Assembly: GCA_964396645.1 (NCBI GenBank)
Contig: CAYNFV010000001.1
Coordinates: 1 to 42,524 of the forward strand
DNA from: an uncultured Dehalococcoidales bacterium
Lineage (GTDB): Bacteria > Chloroflexota > Dehalococcoidia > Dehalococcoidales > BS750m-G39
Length of the DNA: 42,524 nucleotides
Direction: 5' to 3'
The position numbers and the translations under genes are program-made. The notes under the pieces are model-generated. The model ran no database searches and had not been told where the DNA came from. It saw nothing but the letters and a program-made list of their open reading frames with translations. How positions within the stretch are numbered: position 1 is the first letter of the stretch; each line of letters begins with the position of its first letter. Of this stretch, positions 8,311 to 17,073 are shown piece after piece.

Positions 8311-10605
8311 TTACTCCTTTTTAGCCAGCAGCCCCTCCAATAGTACTTGCGCCGCCTTCTTATCCAGCGGCTTATTATTATTGCCGCACTTGGGCGACTG
8401 GACGCAACTGGGGCAACCGTCTTCGCAGGGGCATTCCTCAATCGCCTTCAATGTAGTTTGCCACAATTCCTCAACCAGGTCAAAGCCCTTCTCGCTGATG
8501 CCGATGCCGCCGGGATAGGCGTCGTAGATGAAGACCTGGGGCTTACCCGTATCGGGGTGGAGGGGGGTGGATACGCCGCCGATATCGTTGCGGTCGCAGA
8601 GGGCAAACATGGGCAGGATAGCGATGGCGGCGTGCTCGGCGGCGTGCAGCCCGCCGGCGAAGTCGAGACCAACGTCATCTTCGTCCAGCCGCTTCACCGC
8701 TTCCTTGGGCAGGTCGAACCAGAGGGCGATGGTGGGAAAGCGCATCGGGGGGAGGTCGAGGGGCTCTTCGCCAATGACCTCCTCGGTGAACTGCGCCTTC
8801 TTCTTGAAGCCGACAACGCGGGTGGTGACCTCGACCTCACCCAGGTAGACCTTGGTGCCGCGGCATTCCTTTTCCTTGAGGACCTTAATGATATGGAGGT
8901 CGGTAAGCTCTTTGTCCTGGGTATAGTAGTTGACCTCTACCGGCTTGGCGTAGGCGGTGCGCGCCTGAAGGTCTAGCTCCTCGACCAGATAGGACTCCCC
9001 CTGGTGCAGGTAGATAGCGCCGGGAAAGATGAAAAACAGTGCCGTGCTGGCATCAATGGTCTCCAAAAGCGAGCCGCTGGAGGTGTCGATAATGGCGTAG
9101 TTCTCGCCGGAGGCGCGGATATTTATCCCCTCAGCGGGGTAAGCGATGGAGGGGACGACGTGCCAGCGACCCCTGACTTCCCGCAGCAGCCCCTGCTCCT
9201 CCAGCTCTTTTCTCTCCGGAAACAAAGCCGGGCCGAAGAACTCCTCGTCCAGGTCGGTCAGGGGCAGCTCCCAGGCGGCGCAGACGAGGTGAGCGCGCAG
9301 GATATAGGGGTTATCGGGGTTGACCAGTACGTTCTCGAAGCTCTTGCCGAAAAATGACTCGGGGTGGCGCATAAAATACTGGTCGAGGGGGTTATCCAGC
9401 CCGATGAGAAAGCTCAATGATTTCTCTTTACTGCGCCCGCTTCGACCCGCCTGCTGCCAGGTGCTGGCAATGCTCCCCGGATAGCCGGTGAGCACGGTAG
9501 CCTCCAGGTCGCCGATGTCGATGCCCAGTTCCAGCGCCGTGGTCGCCACCACCCCTAACAGCTGCCCGCTGAAGAGCTCTTTTTCTATCTTACGCCTCTC
9601 CTCGGGGAGGTAGCCCGCCCGGTAGGGCTTGATTTTCTTTGATAGACCGGGGGCGATTTCAGCCAGCCTGTGCCTTGTGTAGTTATAGATAATCTCGGTC
9701 AGCTGGCGGGTGCGGACGAAGGTCAGGGTGCGGATAGTCTGGCTTACCAGCTCGGCGAAGAGGTTAGCCGCCTCGCCGTTGGCGCTGCGGCGCACGCTCC
9801 TGGCCTTGTCGATGAGCGGCGGATTCCAGAAGACGAATTCCTTGCCGCCGTGGGGGGAACCGTCGTTATCGACCACGCTGAAGGGCAAGCCCACCAGCTT
9901 TTCGGCGTGCTCGCCGGGGTTGGCGATGGTCGCCGAGCAGCAGATGAACTGGGGGCTGGCGCCGTAGAAACGGCATAAGCGCCGCAGGCGGCGGAGCACG
10001 TCGGCCACGTGGGAGCCGAAGACGCCGCGGTAGATATGGGCTTCGTCAACCACCACGTACCTTAATCTTCGCAGCAGCCGGGACCACTGCTGGTGGTTGG
10101 GCAGTATGCCCACGTGGAGCATATCGGGGTTGCTCAGGATGAGCCGCGCCCGTCTGCGGATATCACCCCGTTCAATTTTTGGAGTGTCGCCGTCGAAGGT
10201 GGCGAAGTCACCGGTAGACAAAAGTCGGGGATGGAAGAGCTCATGTAAAGTACGCAGCTGGTCCTGGGCCAGGGCCTTGGTCGGGAAGAGGTAGAGGGCA
10301 CAGCCGCCCCGCTGGGTTATAAGCATATCCACAACGGGGACGTTATAGCACATGGTCTTGCCGCTGGCCGAGGAGGTGGCCACCATCACGTTCTGGCCCC
10401 GGCGGGCGTGGTTAATGGCCTCCGCCTGGTGGGTATAGAGGGGCAACAGGCCGTGACGGGTGAGGTTTTCCTCAAGAGCAGCTTCCAGGGGCTTATCCAG
10501 CTCGGCGCACCTGGCCTGGCGTCGGGGGATAGGCTCCCGATGAGCTATCTGGCCGCTATAAGCGGGTTGACTGGCGAGGTGATGCAGAAAGGCAGCCGTA
10601 TCCAC
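8311..10605 (-). CDS. DEAH-box helicase with C-terminal DUF1998-type zinc domain (YprA/MrfA-like)
   Basis: 764 aa. Motifs seen: Walker A TSSASGKT, DEAH box VVVDEAH, motif VI QQAGRSGR, and a C-terminal Cys cluster ECPCEDGCPSCVQSPKCGNNN characteristic of DUF1998. GTG start at 10605, 13 nt after the DUF503 stop. Confidence 0.85.
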   Translation of the reverse strand: MDTAAFLHHLASQPAYSGQIAHREPIPRRQARCAELDKPLEAALEENLTRHGLLPLYTHQAEAINHARRGQNVMVATSSASGKTMCYNVPVVDMLITQRGGCALYLFPTKALAQDQLRTLHELFHPRLLSTGDFATFDGDTPKIERGDIRRRARLILSNPDMLHVGILPNHQQWSRLLRRLRYVVVDEAHIYRGVFGSHVADVLRRLRRLCRFYGASPQFICCSATIANPGEHAEKLVGLPFSVVDNDGSPHGGKEFVFWNPPLIDKARSVRRSANGEAANLFAELVSQTIRTLTFVRTRQLTEIIYNYTRHRLAEIAPGLSKKIKPYRAGYLPEERRKIEKELFSGQLLGVVATTALELGIDIGDLEATVLTGYPGSIASTWQQAGRSGRSKEKSLSFLIGLDNPLDQYFMRHPESFFGKSFENVLVNPDNPYILRAHLVCAAWELPLTDLDEEFFGPALFPERKELEEQGLLREVRGRWHVVPSIAYPAEGINIRASGENYAIIDTSSGSLLETIDASTALFFIFPGAIYLHQGESYLVEELDLQARTAYAKPVEVNYYTQDKELTDLHIIKVLKEKECRGTKVYLGEVEVTTRVVGFKKKAQFTEEVIGEEPLDLPPMRFPTIALWFDLPKEAVKRLDEDDVGLDFAGGLHAAEHAAIAILPMFALCDRNDIGGVSTPLHPDTGKPQVFIYDAYPGGIGISEKGFDLVEELWQTTLKAIEECPCEDGCPSCVQSPKCGNNNKPLDKKAAQVLLEGLLAKKE

Positions 10606-10617
10606 GGCTAGCCCCGC

Positions 10618-10911
10618 TCAACTGACGGGGAGAATCTCAATCTCATAGTCCACTATCTCTATCTCAAAGCGGCCGTTGACGATAAAGTCCACCACCTTGG
10701 AGAGGACTTCGTTGGTGTATCGTTTGTTATTGCTGACGCAGGCAATGCCCAGCGTGGCCAGCTGCCAGAGGTCGTTATCGTCCACCTCGGCCACGGAGAC
10801 GTTGAACTTGCTCCTGAGGCGGGTAACAATGGACTTCAATATCTGCCGCTTACCCTTAAGCGAGTGGTTTTCGGGGAAGCGGAGCTTGACCCGACAGGTC
10901 CCGACATTCAT
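10618..10911 (-). CDS. DUF503 (YlxP-like) protein
   Basis: I trim the 141-aa ORF to ATG 10911, giving MNVGTCRVKLRFPENHSLKGKRQILKSIVTRLRSKFNVSVAEVDDNDLWQ.. (97 aa). The upstream 44 codons overlap the Zn-ribbon gene 3' region and are low-complexity. The pattern (l.l.ip...SLKeKR.v.k.l..rlr.kFnvsvaEv...d.w..a.lgia.v) is what I recall for DUF503. Confidence 0.75.
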   Translation of the reverse strand: MNVGTCRVKLRFPENHSLKGKRQILKSIVTRLRSKFNVSVAEVDDNDLWQLATLGIACVSNNKRYTNEVLSKVVDFIVNGRFEIEIVDYEIEILPVS

Positions 10912-10942
10912 GGTATATATAGCTGATAAATAGAACGAAGGC

Positions 10943-11236
10943 TTAACTGCCTTCTCTTTGCTTAGCGTAACACTCTTTGCAATAGACCGGGCGCCCCTCT
11001 CTGGGCTCAAAAGGCACGGTGGTTTCGACGCCGCACTCGGCACAGGTTACGGTGAACATCTGCCGCGGTTGCCGGTAATCACCAAAGCGCTCTTTCCGCC
11101 TGGCCGCCCGACACTCCGGACAACGAGAGGGCTCGTTCTGCAAACCGTGAGACTGGTAGAACTCCTGCTCACCGACGCTGAAAACGAACTCCTGCCCGCA
11201 GTCGCGACATACGAGGGTCTTGTCTTCCAGAGCCAT
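10943..11236 (-). CDS. Small double zinc-ribbon protein, paralog 2
   Basis: 97 aa with SD gaggagg 7 nt upstream of ATG 11236. It has the same CxxC..CxxC / CxxC-x17-CxxC architecture as 5401-5706 (CRDCG..CPEC; CAECG..CKEC). Confidence 0.8.
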   Translation of the reverse strand: MALEDKTLVCRDCGQEFVFSVGEQEFYQSHGLQNEPSRCPECRAARRKERFGDYRQPRQMFTVTCAECGVETTVPFEPREGRPVYCKECYAKQREGS

Positions 11237-11405
11237 TTACTGCTCCTCCTCATATTTTGTTAGTCCCTTGTCCTGGTTGCAGTCTCCTGGCTCTAAAACC
11301 CTTCGTCGGACCTATAGCTTGTAATACTATTTACCCCGAGGGTCCCCTGCTAGGCAGAGGTGAAGCTGGGAAGCAACGCTATCCAAGGTTTCGACTACAG
11401 CCATA

Positions 11406-11434
11406 ACTATAACCACTATTTTTTGTAAAGTCAA
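11406..11434 (-). promoter_or_regulatory. Promoter of the Zn-ribbon/DUF503/helicase operon (TTGACT-17-TATAGT)
   Basis: On the minus strand the -35 ttgact lies at 11434-11429, the spacer is 17 nt, and the -10 tatagt lies at 11411-11406. This predicts a leader of roughly 160 nt before ATG 11236. Confidence 0.55.
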
Positions 11435-11461
11435 GCAGGACTAAATTCAAAACGGCTAAAT

Positions 11462-11489
11462 TTACAGTCGTCACTGGTTGTGTTATAAT
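11462..11489 (+). promoter_or_regulatory. Promoter of rpsO-pnp (TTACAG-16-TGtTATAAT, extended -10)
   Basis: ttacag at 11462-11467, tg at 11481-11482, and tataat at 11484-11489. It is divergent from the promoter at 11406-11434. Confidence 0.55.
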
Positions 11490-11494
11490 CGGTT

Positions 11495-11514
11495 GATTCA
11501 GACTATCCTGAATC
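11495..11514 (+). promoter_or_regulatory. 5'-terminal hairpin in the rpsO leader (candidate S15 autoregulatory or stability element)
   Basis: gattcag (11495-11501) pairs with ctgaatc (11508-11514) around a 6-nt loop. The hairpin begins about where transcription should start (6-7 nt after the -10). A gtggccac palindrome follows, just before the SD. Confidence 0.3.
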
Positions 11515-11549
11515 TGGAAAAATAAAGTGGCCACAGAGGGGTTGTAAAC

Positions 11550-11813
11550 TTGGAAAAAGAGAAGAAGACCGAAGTCATAAGCAAATTCGGGCTCCGTGAA
11601 GGAGATACGGGCTCTACTGAAGTTCAGATAGCCTTGCTCACCGAAAGGATAAATCAGTTGACCGGGCACATGATGGCCAATCGACACGATTACCACACGC
11701 AACGGGGGCTGCTGAAGCTGGTGGGACAGAGAAGAAGGCTACTCGCCTACTTGAGTCGAGAGGATGTCGGCCGATACCGCAGCCTGATTGCCCGTCTCGG
11801 TCTACGTAAGTAA
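11550..11813 (+). CDS. rpsO: 30S ribosomal protein S15
   Basis: 87 aa with a TTG start and SD gagggg upstream. [51 protein letters not shown] is the canonical S15 core. Confidence 0.9.
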   Translation: MEKEKKTEVISKFGLREGDTGSTEVQIALLTERINQLTGHMMANRHDYHTQRGLLKLVGQRRRLLAYLSREDVGRYRSLIARLGLRK

Positions 11814-11829
11814 ATTTGGGGAGAGGCTA

Positions 11830-14046
11830 TTGATATCACCTAATTCTTTTGAGTGTGAGGTTGGGGGGAGGCGGCTTATCATCGACACCGGCAAGCTGGC
11901 CGGACAGGCCGGCGGGGCGGTAACCGCCCGCTACGGGGATACCGTAGTCCTGGTCACCGCCTGTACCAGCGACGAACCCCGGGAAGGCATAGATTTTCTG
12001 CCCCTGACCATTGATTACGAGGAGAGGCTCTACGCCGCCGGCAAGATTCCGGGCGGCTTTATCCGCCGCGAGGGGCGTCCCAGCCAGGAAGCAACCCTGG
12101 CCAGCCGTCAGACCGACCGCCCCATACGCCCGCTGCTGCCCAAGGAATGGCGCCACGATATACAGATTATCATTACCGTCCTTTCCGCCGACCAGGAAAA
12201 CGACCCCGATATACTGGCCGTTATCGGCGGCTCGGCGGCGCTGTCAATATCAGAGATACCCTTCGACGGTCCTATAGGCGCCGTTCATATCGGTTACATA
12301 AATAACGAGCTTATCATAAACCCGACCCTGGCCCAGCTGGAGGACAGCCAATTGGATATGGTCGTCGTCAGTACCAGAGAAGCCATCGTGATGGTAGAAT
12401 CCGGCGCCAGAGAGGCACCGGAGGATATCGTAATGAAGGCCATAGAGCTGGGGCACCAGACCAACCAGGACATCATCAAGCTCCAGGAGCAGCTCCAGCA
12501 GGCCCGCGGCAAGCCCAAGCTGGAAGCGCCCAAGAGCGAGGTCAACCCCGAGGCGCTGGCAGCCATCGCGCCCATAGTCGACGAGAAACTGGTCCCGGCC
12601 TTAAAGCAGCCGGATAAGTCACGGCGAGAAGATGCCCTCAGCGAGCTTAAAAGAGAGCTGGTGGAGAGCCTCGGCGAGACCTTTGCCGAAGAGGATATAG
12701 CCAGCGCCCTGGACAGCCGCATCAGGGCTGAAATAAGGGGCCACCTCCTCGATAAGGGGGAGCGCATCGACGGGCGGGGTCTGGACGAGGTAAGGCCCAT
12801 CAGCTGCGAGGTGGGGCTCTTGCCCCGCACCCACGGCTCGGCTCTCTTTAACCGGGGACAGACCCAGGTCCTGACCATAACCACGCTGGGCTCGGTGGGC
12901 AAGGAGCAGCCGCTCGACGGACTGGGCATCGAGGAAAAGAAAAGATTTATCCACCATTATAACTTCCCTCCCTTCTCCGCTGGCGAGACCAGGCGCATCG
13001 GCTCGCCGGGGCGGCGTGAAATCGGGCACGGGGCTTTGGTGGAGCGAGCCATCGAGCCGATACTGCCCAAAGCCGAGGACTTCCCCTACACCATACGACT
13101 CGTCTCCGAGGTATTAAGCTCCAGCGGCAGCACCTCTATGGCCAGCGTCTGCGCCTCAAGCCTCTCGCTTATGGACGCGGGCATACCGACCACAGCCGCC
13201 GTGGCCGGCATCGCCATGGGGCTGGTCAGCGGTGAGGACGGCAAATACGTGGTTCTGACCGACATCCAAGGCATAGAGGATAACTACGGCGATATGGACT
13301 TTAAGATAGCCGGCACGGCCAAGGGCGTCACCGCCATGCAGATGGACACCAAGCTCAAGGGCATAAGCCTGGAAGTGATGAAGAAGACCCTGCCACAAGC
13401 CCGCCAGGCGCGGCTGCACATACTGGAGACGATGGAAAAGACCATAAGCGCCAGCCGGCCCGAGCTGAGTAAATACGCTCCTAGAATGTATAAGATAACC
13501 ATCGACCCCGATAAAATCGGCGCCGTCATCGGCACCGGCGGCCGGACGATAAGGGCAATTATCGAGGAAACCAAGACGACCATTGATGTTGATAATGACG
13601 GCACGGTTATTATCGGCGCGACTAACGAGGAATCGGCCCGCAAGGCTATCGAGATTATCGAAAGCCTGACCAAGGAGGTAGAGGTCGGTGCCACCTACAC
13701 GGGAAAGGTGACGCGGATATTGAACTTCGGCGCTATGGTGGAGATTCTCCCCGGCAAAGAGGGCCTGGTTCACATCAGCGAGTTGGAGGACTACCGCGTG
13801 GATAAGGTGGAGGACGTGGTTAAAATCGGCGACGAGGTTACGGTCAAGGTCATCAACATCGACGATATGGGACGGGTAAACCTGTCGCGACGGGCGGTCT
13901 TCGAAAAGGAGTCCGATGCACCCGGAGCCAGCCCGCAAGGCGGGCCGTCTAAAGACTACCCCTTCAAATCACAGCGCGATTCCCGCCCTCCCCGAAATCA
14001 AGGCGGCTTCCACAACCGGGGGCCCGACAGAGGACGCCGGCGATGA
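11830..14046 (+). CDS. pnp: Polyribonucleotide nucleotidyltransferase (PNPase)
   Basis: Two RNase PH domains, a KH domain (GGRTIRAIIEETK), an S1 domain (GKVTRILNFGAMVEILPGKEGLVHISEL) and a basic Arg/Gly-rich tail. The ORF opens at 11788 inside rpsO. TTG 11830 with SD ggggagagg is preferred. Confidence 0.9.
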   Translation: MISPNSFECEVGGRRLIIDTGKLAGQAGGAVTARYGDTVVLVTACTSDEPREGIDFLPLTIDYEERLYAAGKIPGGFIRREGRPSQEATLASRQTDRPIRPLLPKEWRHDIQIIITVLSADQENDPDILAVIGGSAALSISEIPFDGPIGAVHIGYINNELIINPTLAQLEDSQLDMVVVSTREAIVMVESGAREAPEDIVMKAIELGHQTNQDIIKLQEQLQQARGKPKLEAPKSEVNPEALAAIAPIVDEKLVPALKQPDKSRREDALSELKRELVESLGETFAEEDIASALDSRIRAEIRGHLLDKGERIDGRGLDEVRPISCEVGLLPRTHGSALFNRGQTQVLTITTLGSVGKEQPLDGLGIEEKKRFIHHYNFPPFSAGETRRIGSPGRREIGHGALVERAIEPILPKAEDFPYTIRLVSEVLSSSGSTSMASVCASSLSLMDAGIPTTAAVAGIAMGLVSGEDGKYVVLTDIQGIEDNYGDMDFKIAGTAKGVTAMQMDTKLKGISLEVMKKTLPQARQARLHILETMEKTISASRPELSKYAPRMYKITIDPDKIGAVIGTGGRTIRAIIEETKTTIDVDNDGTVIIGATNEESARKAIEIIESLTKEVEVGATYTGKVTRILNFGAMVEILPGKEGLVHISELEDYRVDKVEDVVKIGDEVTVKVINIDDMGRVNLSRRAVFEKESDAPGASPQGGPSKDYPFKSQRDSRPPRNQGGFHNRGPDRGRRR

Positions 14047-14843
14047 AGCCGATAAGGGTAGCCGTTCACGGCGCGCTGGGAAAGATGGGGCAGACCTTGA
14101 TTAACGCCCTCTGCCGTGAAACCGAGATGCAAATCGTAGGCGCTACCGACACCAAGGCGACTGAAGACCACCTGCCCCTACCCGACGGCTCGGGCAGAGT
14201 TCCCCTTTCCCCTGAGCTTGAACCCATCCTCACCAGCTGCCAGCCGGAGGTAGTGGTAGATTTCAGCACCGCCAACGCCGTTATGCCCCTGGTTCACCGG
14301 GCAACCGAGCACGGCGTTAACCTGGTAATCGGCACCACCGGACTGGCCGCCGAAGATATCAAAGAAATCGACCGCCTGGCGAAAGCCAGGGGGGTGGGAA
14401 TAGTAATAGCGCCTAATTTCGCCCTGGGCGCGGTGCTGATGATGCACCTGGCCAGGATAGCCGGCAAATATCTTGACCACGCCGAAATCATAGAGTTGCA
14501 TCATGAGCGCAAGCTGGATGCGCCTTCGGGCACCGCCCTGGCCACGGCCAAAGCCATGGCTCAAGCCAGGGGCAAGCCGTTCTCGACCCCGCCACCGGGG
14601 GAGAAATCGGATAGTCGGGGGAAGCAGGTTGAAGGTGTCAGTATTCACAGCGTGCGTTTGCCGGGCTTACTGGCTCACCAGGAGGTAATCCTGGGAGGGG
14701 CGGGGCAAACGCTGAGCATCCGCCATGATACGAGTGGCCGCGAGTGCTATATGCCCGGCGTTATGCTCGCCGTTAAGGAAGTGGTCAAGAAAAAGGGTCT
14801 AATCCTCGGGCTGGATGCCCTGCTCGGTCTGGAGAAGGCATGA
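14043..14843 (+). CDS. dapB: 4-hydroxy-tetrahydrodipicolinate reductase
   Basis: N-terminal Rossmann motif VAVHGALGKMG and the DapB signature ELHHERKLDAPSGTA. An ATGA overlap links it to the pnp stop. Confidence 0.9.
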   Translation: MKPIRVAVHGALGKMGQTLINALCRETEMQIVGATDTKATEDHLPLPDGSGRVPLSPELEPILTSCQPEVVVDFSTANAVMPLVHRATEHGVNLVIGTTGLAAEDIKEIDRLAKARGVGIVIAPNFALGAVLMMHLARIAGKYLDHAEIIELHHERKLDAPSGTALATAKAMAQARGKPFSTPPPGEKSDSRGKQVEGVSIHSVRLPGLLAHQEVILGGAGQTLSIRHDTSGRECYMPGVMLAVKEVVKKKGLILGLDALLGLEKA

Positions 14844-15871
14844 AGAAGGGATTTAGAGTAGCTATAGTCGGCGCCACCGGAATGGTGGGGCAGGAGTTCA
14901 TCAAGGTCCTGGAGCAGCGCGACTTCCCCATGGACTCTATAGAGCTTTTGGCCTCAGACCGTTCTGCGGGCAAGAAGATGTTCGTCAACCATGACGAGGT
15001 GGTAGTCAAGGAGACAACCCCCGAGTCGTTCAAGAAGATAGATATCGCCCTCTTCTCGGCGGGGGCGGAGATTAGCCGCTACTTCTCACCCATAGCCGCC
15101 CAGTCGGGGGCCGTGGTCGTTGATAATAGCTCGGCCTGGCGCATGGACCCCAAGGTACCGCTGGTGGTGCCCGAGATCAACCCCAAAGATATCAAGTGGC
15201 ACAAGGGGATTATCGCCAACCCCAACTGCTCCACGATACAAATGGTGGTGGCGCTGAACCCACTGCACAAGGTCAACCCCATCAAGCGCCTTGTGGCGGC
15301 TACCTACCAGGCGGTATCAGGCACAGGCTCGGCGGCGGTGGAGGAGCTGACGGAGCAGGCCAAGCAGGTATTAGGTGGGCAGACCACCGTCCCCCACGTC
15401 TATCCTCACCAGATAGCCTTTAACATACTGCCTGAGATAGACGTCTTCCTGGATAACGCCTACACCAAGGAAGAGTGGAAGATGGTGGAGGAGACCAAGA
15501 AGATAATGCATGCCCCCGATATCGCCATTTCGGCGGTCTGCGTCCGCGTGCCCGTATTTATCGGGCACAGCGAGGCCTTACATATAGAATTCTCCCAGCC
15601 AATGTCTCCCGATGAAGCCAAGCGCATTCTGGCTCAGGCACCGGGGATAAAGATACTGGACGACCCGGCCATCAGCCTCTACCCTCAGCCCTGGTCAGCG
15701 GCGGGCACCGACGAGGTCTTCGTCGGGCGCATCCACCACGATGCCTCCCACCCCAACGGCCTGGTGATGTGGGTTGTCGCCGACAACCTGCGCAAAGGCG
15801 CCGCGCTCAACACCGTCCAGATTGCCGAGGAGACGATTAAGAGGGACTGGCTGCATCCCGGGAAGGTATAG
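14840..15871 (+). CDS. asd: Aspartate-semialdehyde dehydrogenase
   Basis: VAIVGATGMVGQE and the active-site Cys context IANPNCSTIQMV. An ATGA overlap links it to dapB. Confidence 0.9.
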   Translation: MKKGFRVAIVGATGMVGQEFIKVLEQRDFPMDSIELLASDRSAGKKMFVNHDEVVVKETTPESFKKIDIALFSAGAEISRYFSPIAAQSGAVVVDNSSAWRMDPKVPLVVPEINPKDIKWHKGIIANPNCSTIQMVVALNPLHKVNPIKRLVAATYQAVSGTGSAAVEELTEQAKQVLGGQTTVPHVYPHQIAFNILPEIDVFLDNAYTKEEWKMVEETKKIMHAPDIAISAVCVRVPVFIGHSEALHIEFSQPMSPDEAKRILAQAPGIKILDDPAISLYPQPWSAAGTDEVFVGRIHHDASHPNGLVMWVVADNLRKGAALNTVQIAEETIKRDWLHPGKV

Positions 15872-15875
15872 CGAA

Positions 15876-16763
15876 ATGAAGGAACTGGGCAGACTACTGA
15901 CGGCTATGGTAACCCCCTTCGACGAAAAGGGGGCGGTTAACTATGAGCAGGCTAAAAAGTTAGCCCTGGCTTTAATTGATTCGGGCAGCGACGGTGTGGT
16001 GGTAGCCGCCACCACCGGTGAATCGCCCACGCTCAGTTGGGAGGAGGAGATGCGCCTCTTCAGCGAGGTGAAATCGGCGTTAGGCAAGCGCGGGACAATC
16101 ATCGCCTACACCGGCTCTAACAGCACCGCCGAAGCCGTGGAAGCCACCCAGAAGGCGGAGAAAATCGGTGTCGACGGCTGCCTGCTGGTCGTACCCTACT
16201 ATAACAAGCCTACCCAGGAGGGCATCTACCAACACTTCAAGACCGTCGCCGAGAATACCAGCCTGCCCATCATAATGTACAACATACCCTCGCGGGTGGT
16301 TATCAACATGTCGGTGGAGACCATGGTCAGATTAAGCCAGATAAAGAACATCGTCGGCGTCAAGGAGGCCTGCGGCGATATGGGCCACGTGGCTAAGACG
16401 CTCAATAACGCTAAGGACTTTCTCATCTGGAGCGGCAATGACAATGACACCTTTCTCATCATGGCCCTGGGCGGCTACGGCACCATCGGCGTGGCTACGC
16501 ATTTAGTAGGCAAGCAGATTAAAAAGATGATGGATAATATACTTAACGGCAAGCTCGCCGAAGCGGCGGCTATCCACCGCCAGCTGCTGCCGCTGGTGGA
16601 CGCCTTATTCGTCGAACCTAACCCCACCCCACTCAAATACGCCCTCAACCACATCGGTTTCAATGTCGGTAAGCCGCGTTTGCCCCTGGTTGAGGTCAGT
16701 CAAAAGTCAGCGGACACCATTAAAGAGACGCTGAAGAACTACACCATAGACCTGCCGGTTTAG
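15876..16763 (+). CDS. dapA: 4-hydroxy-tetrahydrodipicolinate synthase
   Basis: I trim the ORF (opens at 15774 inside asd) to ATG 15876. MKELGRLLTAMVTPF.., GTTGESPTLS and the YNIPSR motif are typical of DapA. Confidence 0.9.
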   Translation: MKELGRLLTAMVTPFDEKGAVNYEQAKKLALALIDSGSDGVVVAATTGESPTLSWEEEMRLFSEVKSALGKRGTIIAYTGSNSTAEAVEATQKAEKIGVDGCLLVVPYYNKPTQEGIYQHFKTVAENTSLPIIMYNIPSRVVINMSVETMVRLSQIKNIVGVKEACGDMGHVAKTLNNAKDFLIWSGNDNDTFLIMALGGYGTIGVATHLVGKQIKKMMDNILNGKLAEAAAIHRQLLPLVDALFVEPNPTPLKYALNHIGFNVGKPRLPLVEVSQKSADTIKETLKNYTIDLPV

Positions 16764-16817
16764 AGATTTTTACTAAACCTCATCCAACGCCTTCTAAGAT
16801 TCCTCATTAAGCCTTGG

Positions 16818-17046
16818 GATTGCTTCGTTGCTGCGCTCCTCGCAATGACAGGGGTAGAGTAGAGAGGCTGGATTCCCGCTGGAGTTTACCCCGTAAACCG
16901 ATACGGGGCGGGAATGACAAAATGGGGGTGGGGTAACGTACCCCCAGGTTAAGGAGTTTACTCATTAGGGCGGGCTGGGCCTGCCTGCGCGTAGCCGCTT
17001 CGGCGAAGGCAGGTTGGGACAACAAACGCACGTTGGCAAGGTGAGG
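16818..17046. repeat. Intergenic mosaic repeat locus 2 (modules C, B-long, and A carrying a nested hairpin insert)
   Basis: Module C lies at 16818-16850. The long B variant at 16870-16928 is ggattcccgc[tggagtttaccccgtaaaccgatacgggg]cgggaatgacaaaatggggg. Module A lies at 16947-17046 and is interrupted at 16980-17013 by cctgcctgcgcgtagccgcttcggcgaaggcagg. Confidence 0.8.
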
Positions 17047-17073
17047 TAAAGGGGAGATTGCTGCGCCCCTCCT

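Noticed and set aside
8311-10605. DUF1998 helicase as part of a DISARM-like or other anti-phage defence island.
   Set aside because: No DrmA, PLD-nuclease, methyltransferase or other defence genes are adjacent. The gene is embedded in a housekeeping operon (ftsY, lgt) with translational coupling.
10912-11043. N-terminal 44-codon extension of the DUF503 ORF. Similar extensions occur at dapA (15774), pnp (11788), purA (19259), recJ (3507), ylxR (26159) and the HemN-like gene (42493).
   Set aside because: The extensions overlap upstream or divergent genes, lack SD sequences, and are not part of the recognised domains. Internal starts with good SDs exist.
16807-17031. ORFs inside repeat loci: 16807-17031(-), 38626-38943(+), 1695-2018(+), 39049-39516(+) and 41018-41236(+).
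   Set aside because: Their reading frames are created by the palindromic repeat modules (for example the VIASEAKQS peptide from gtcattgcgagcgaagcgaagcaatc). They change frame and orientation between loci, so the nucleotide repeat is conserved rather than any protein.
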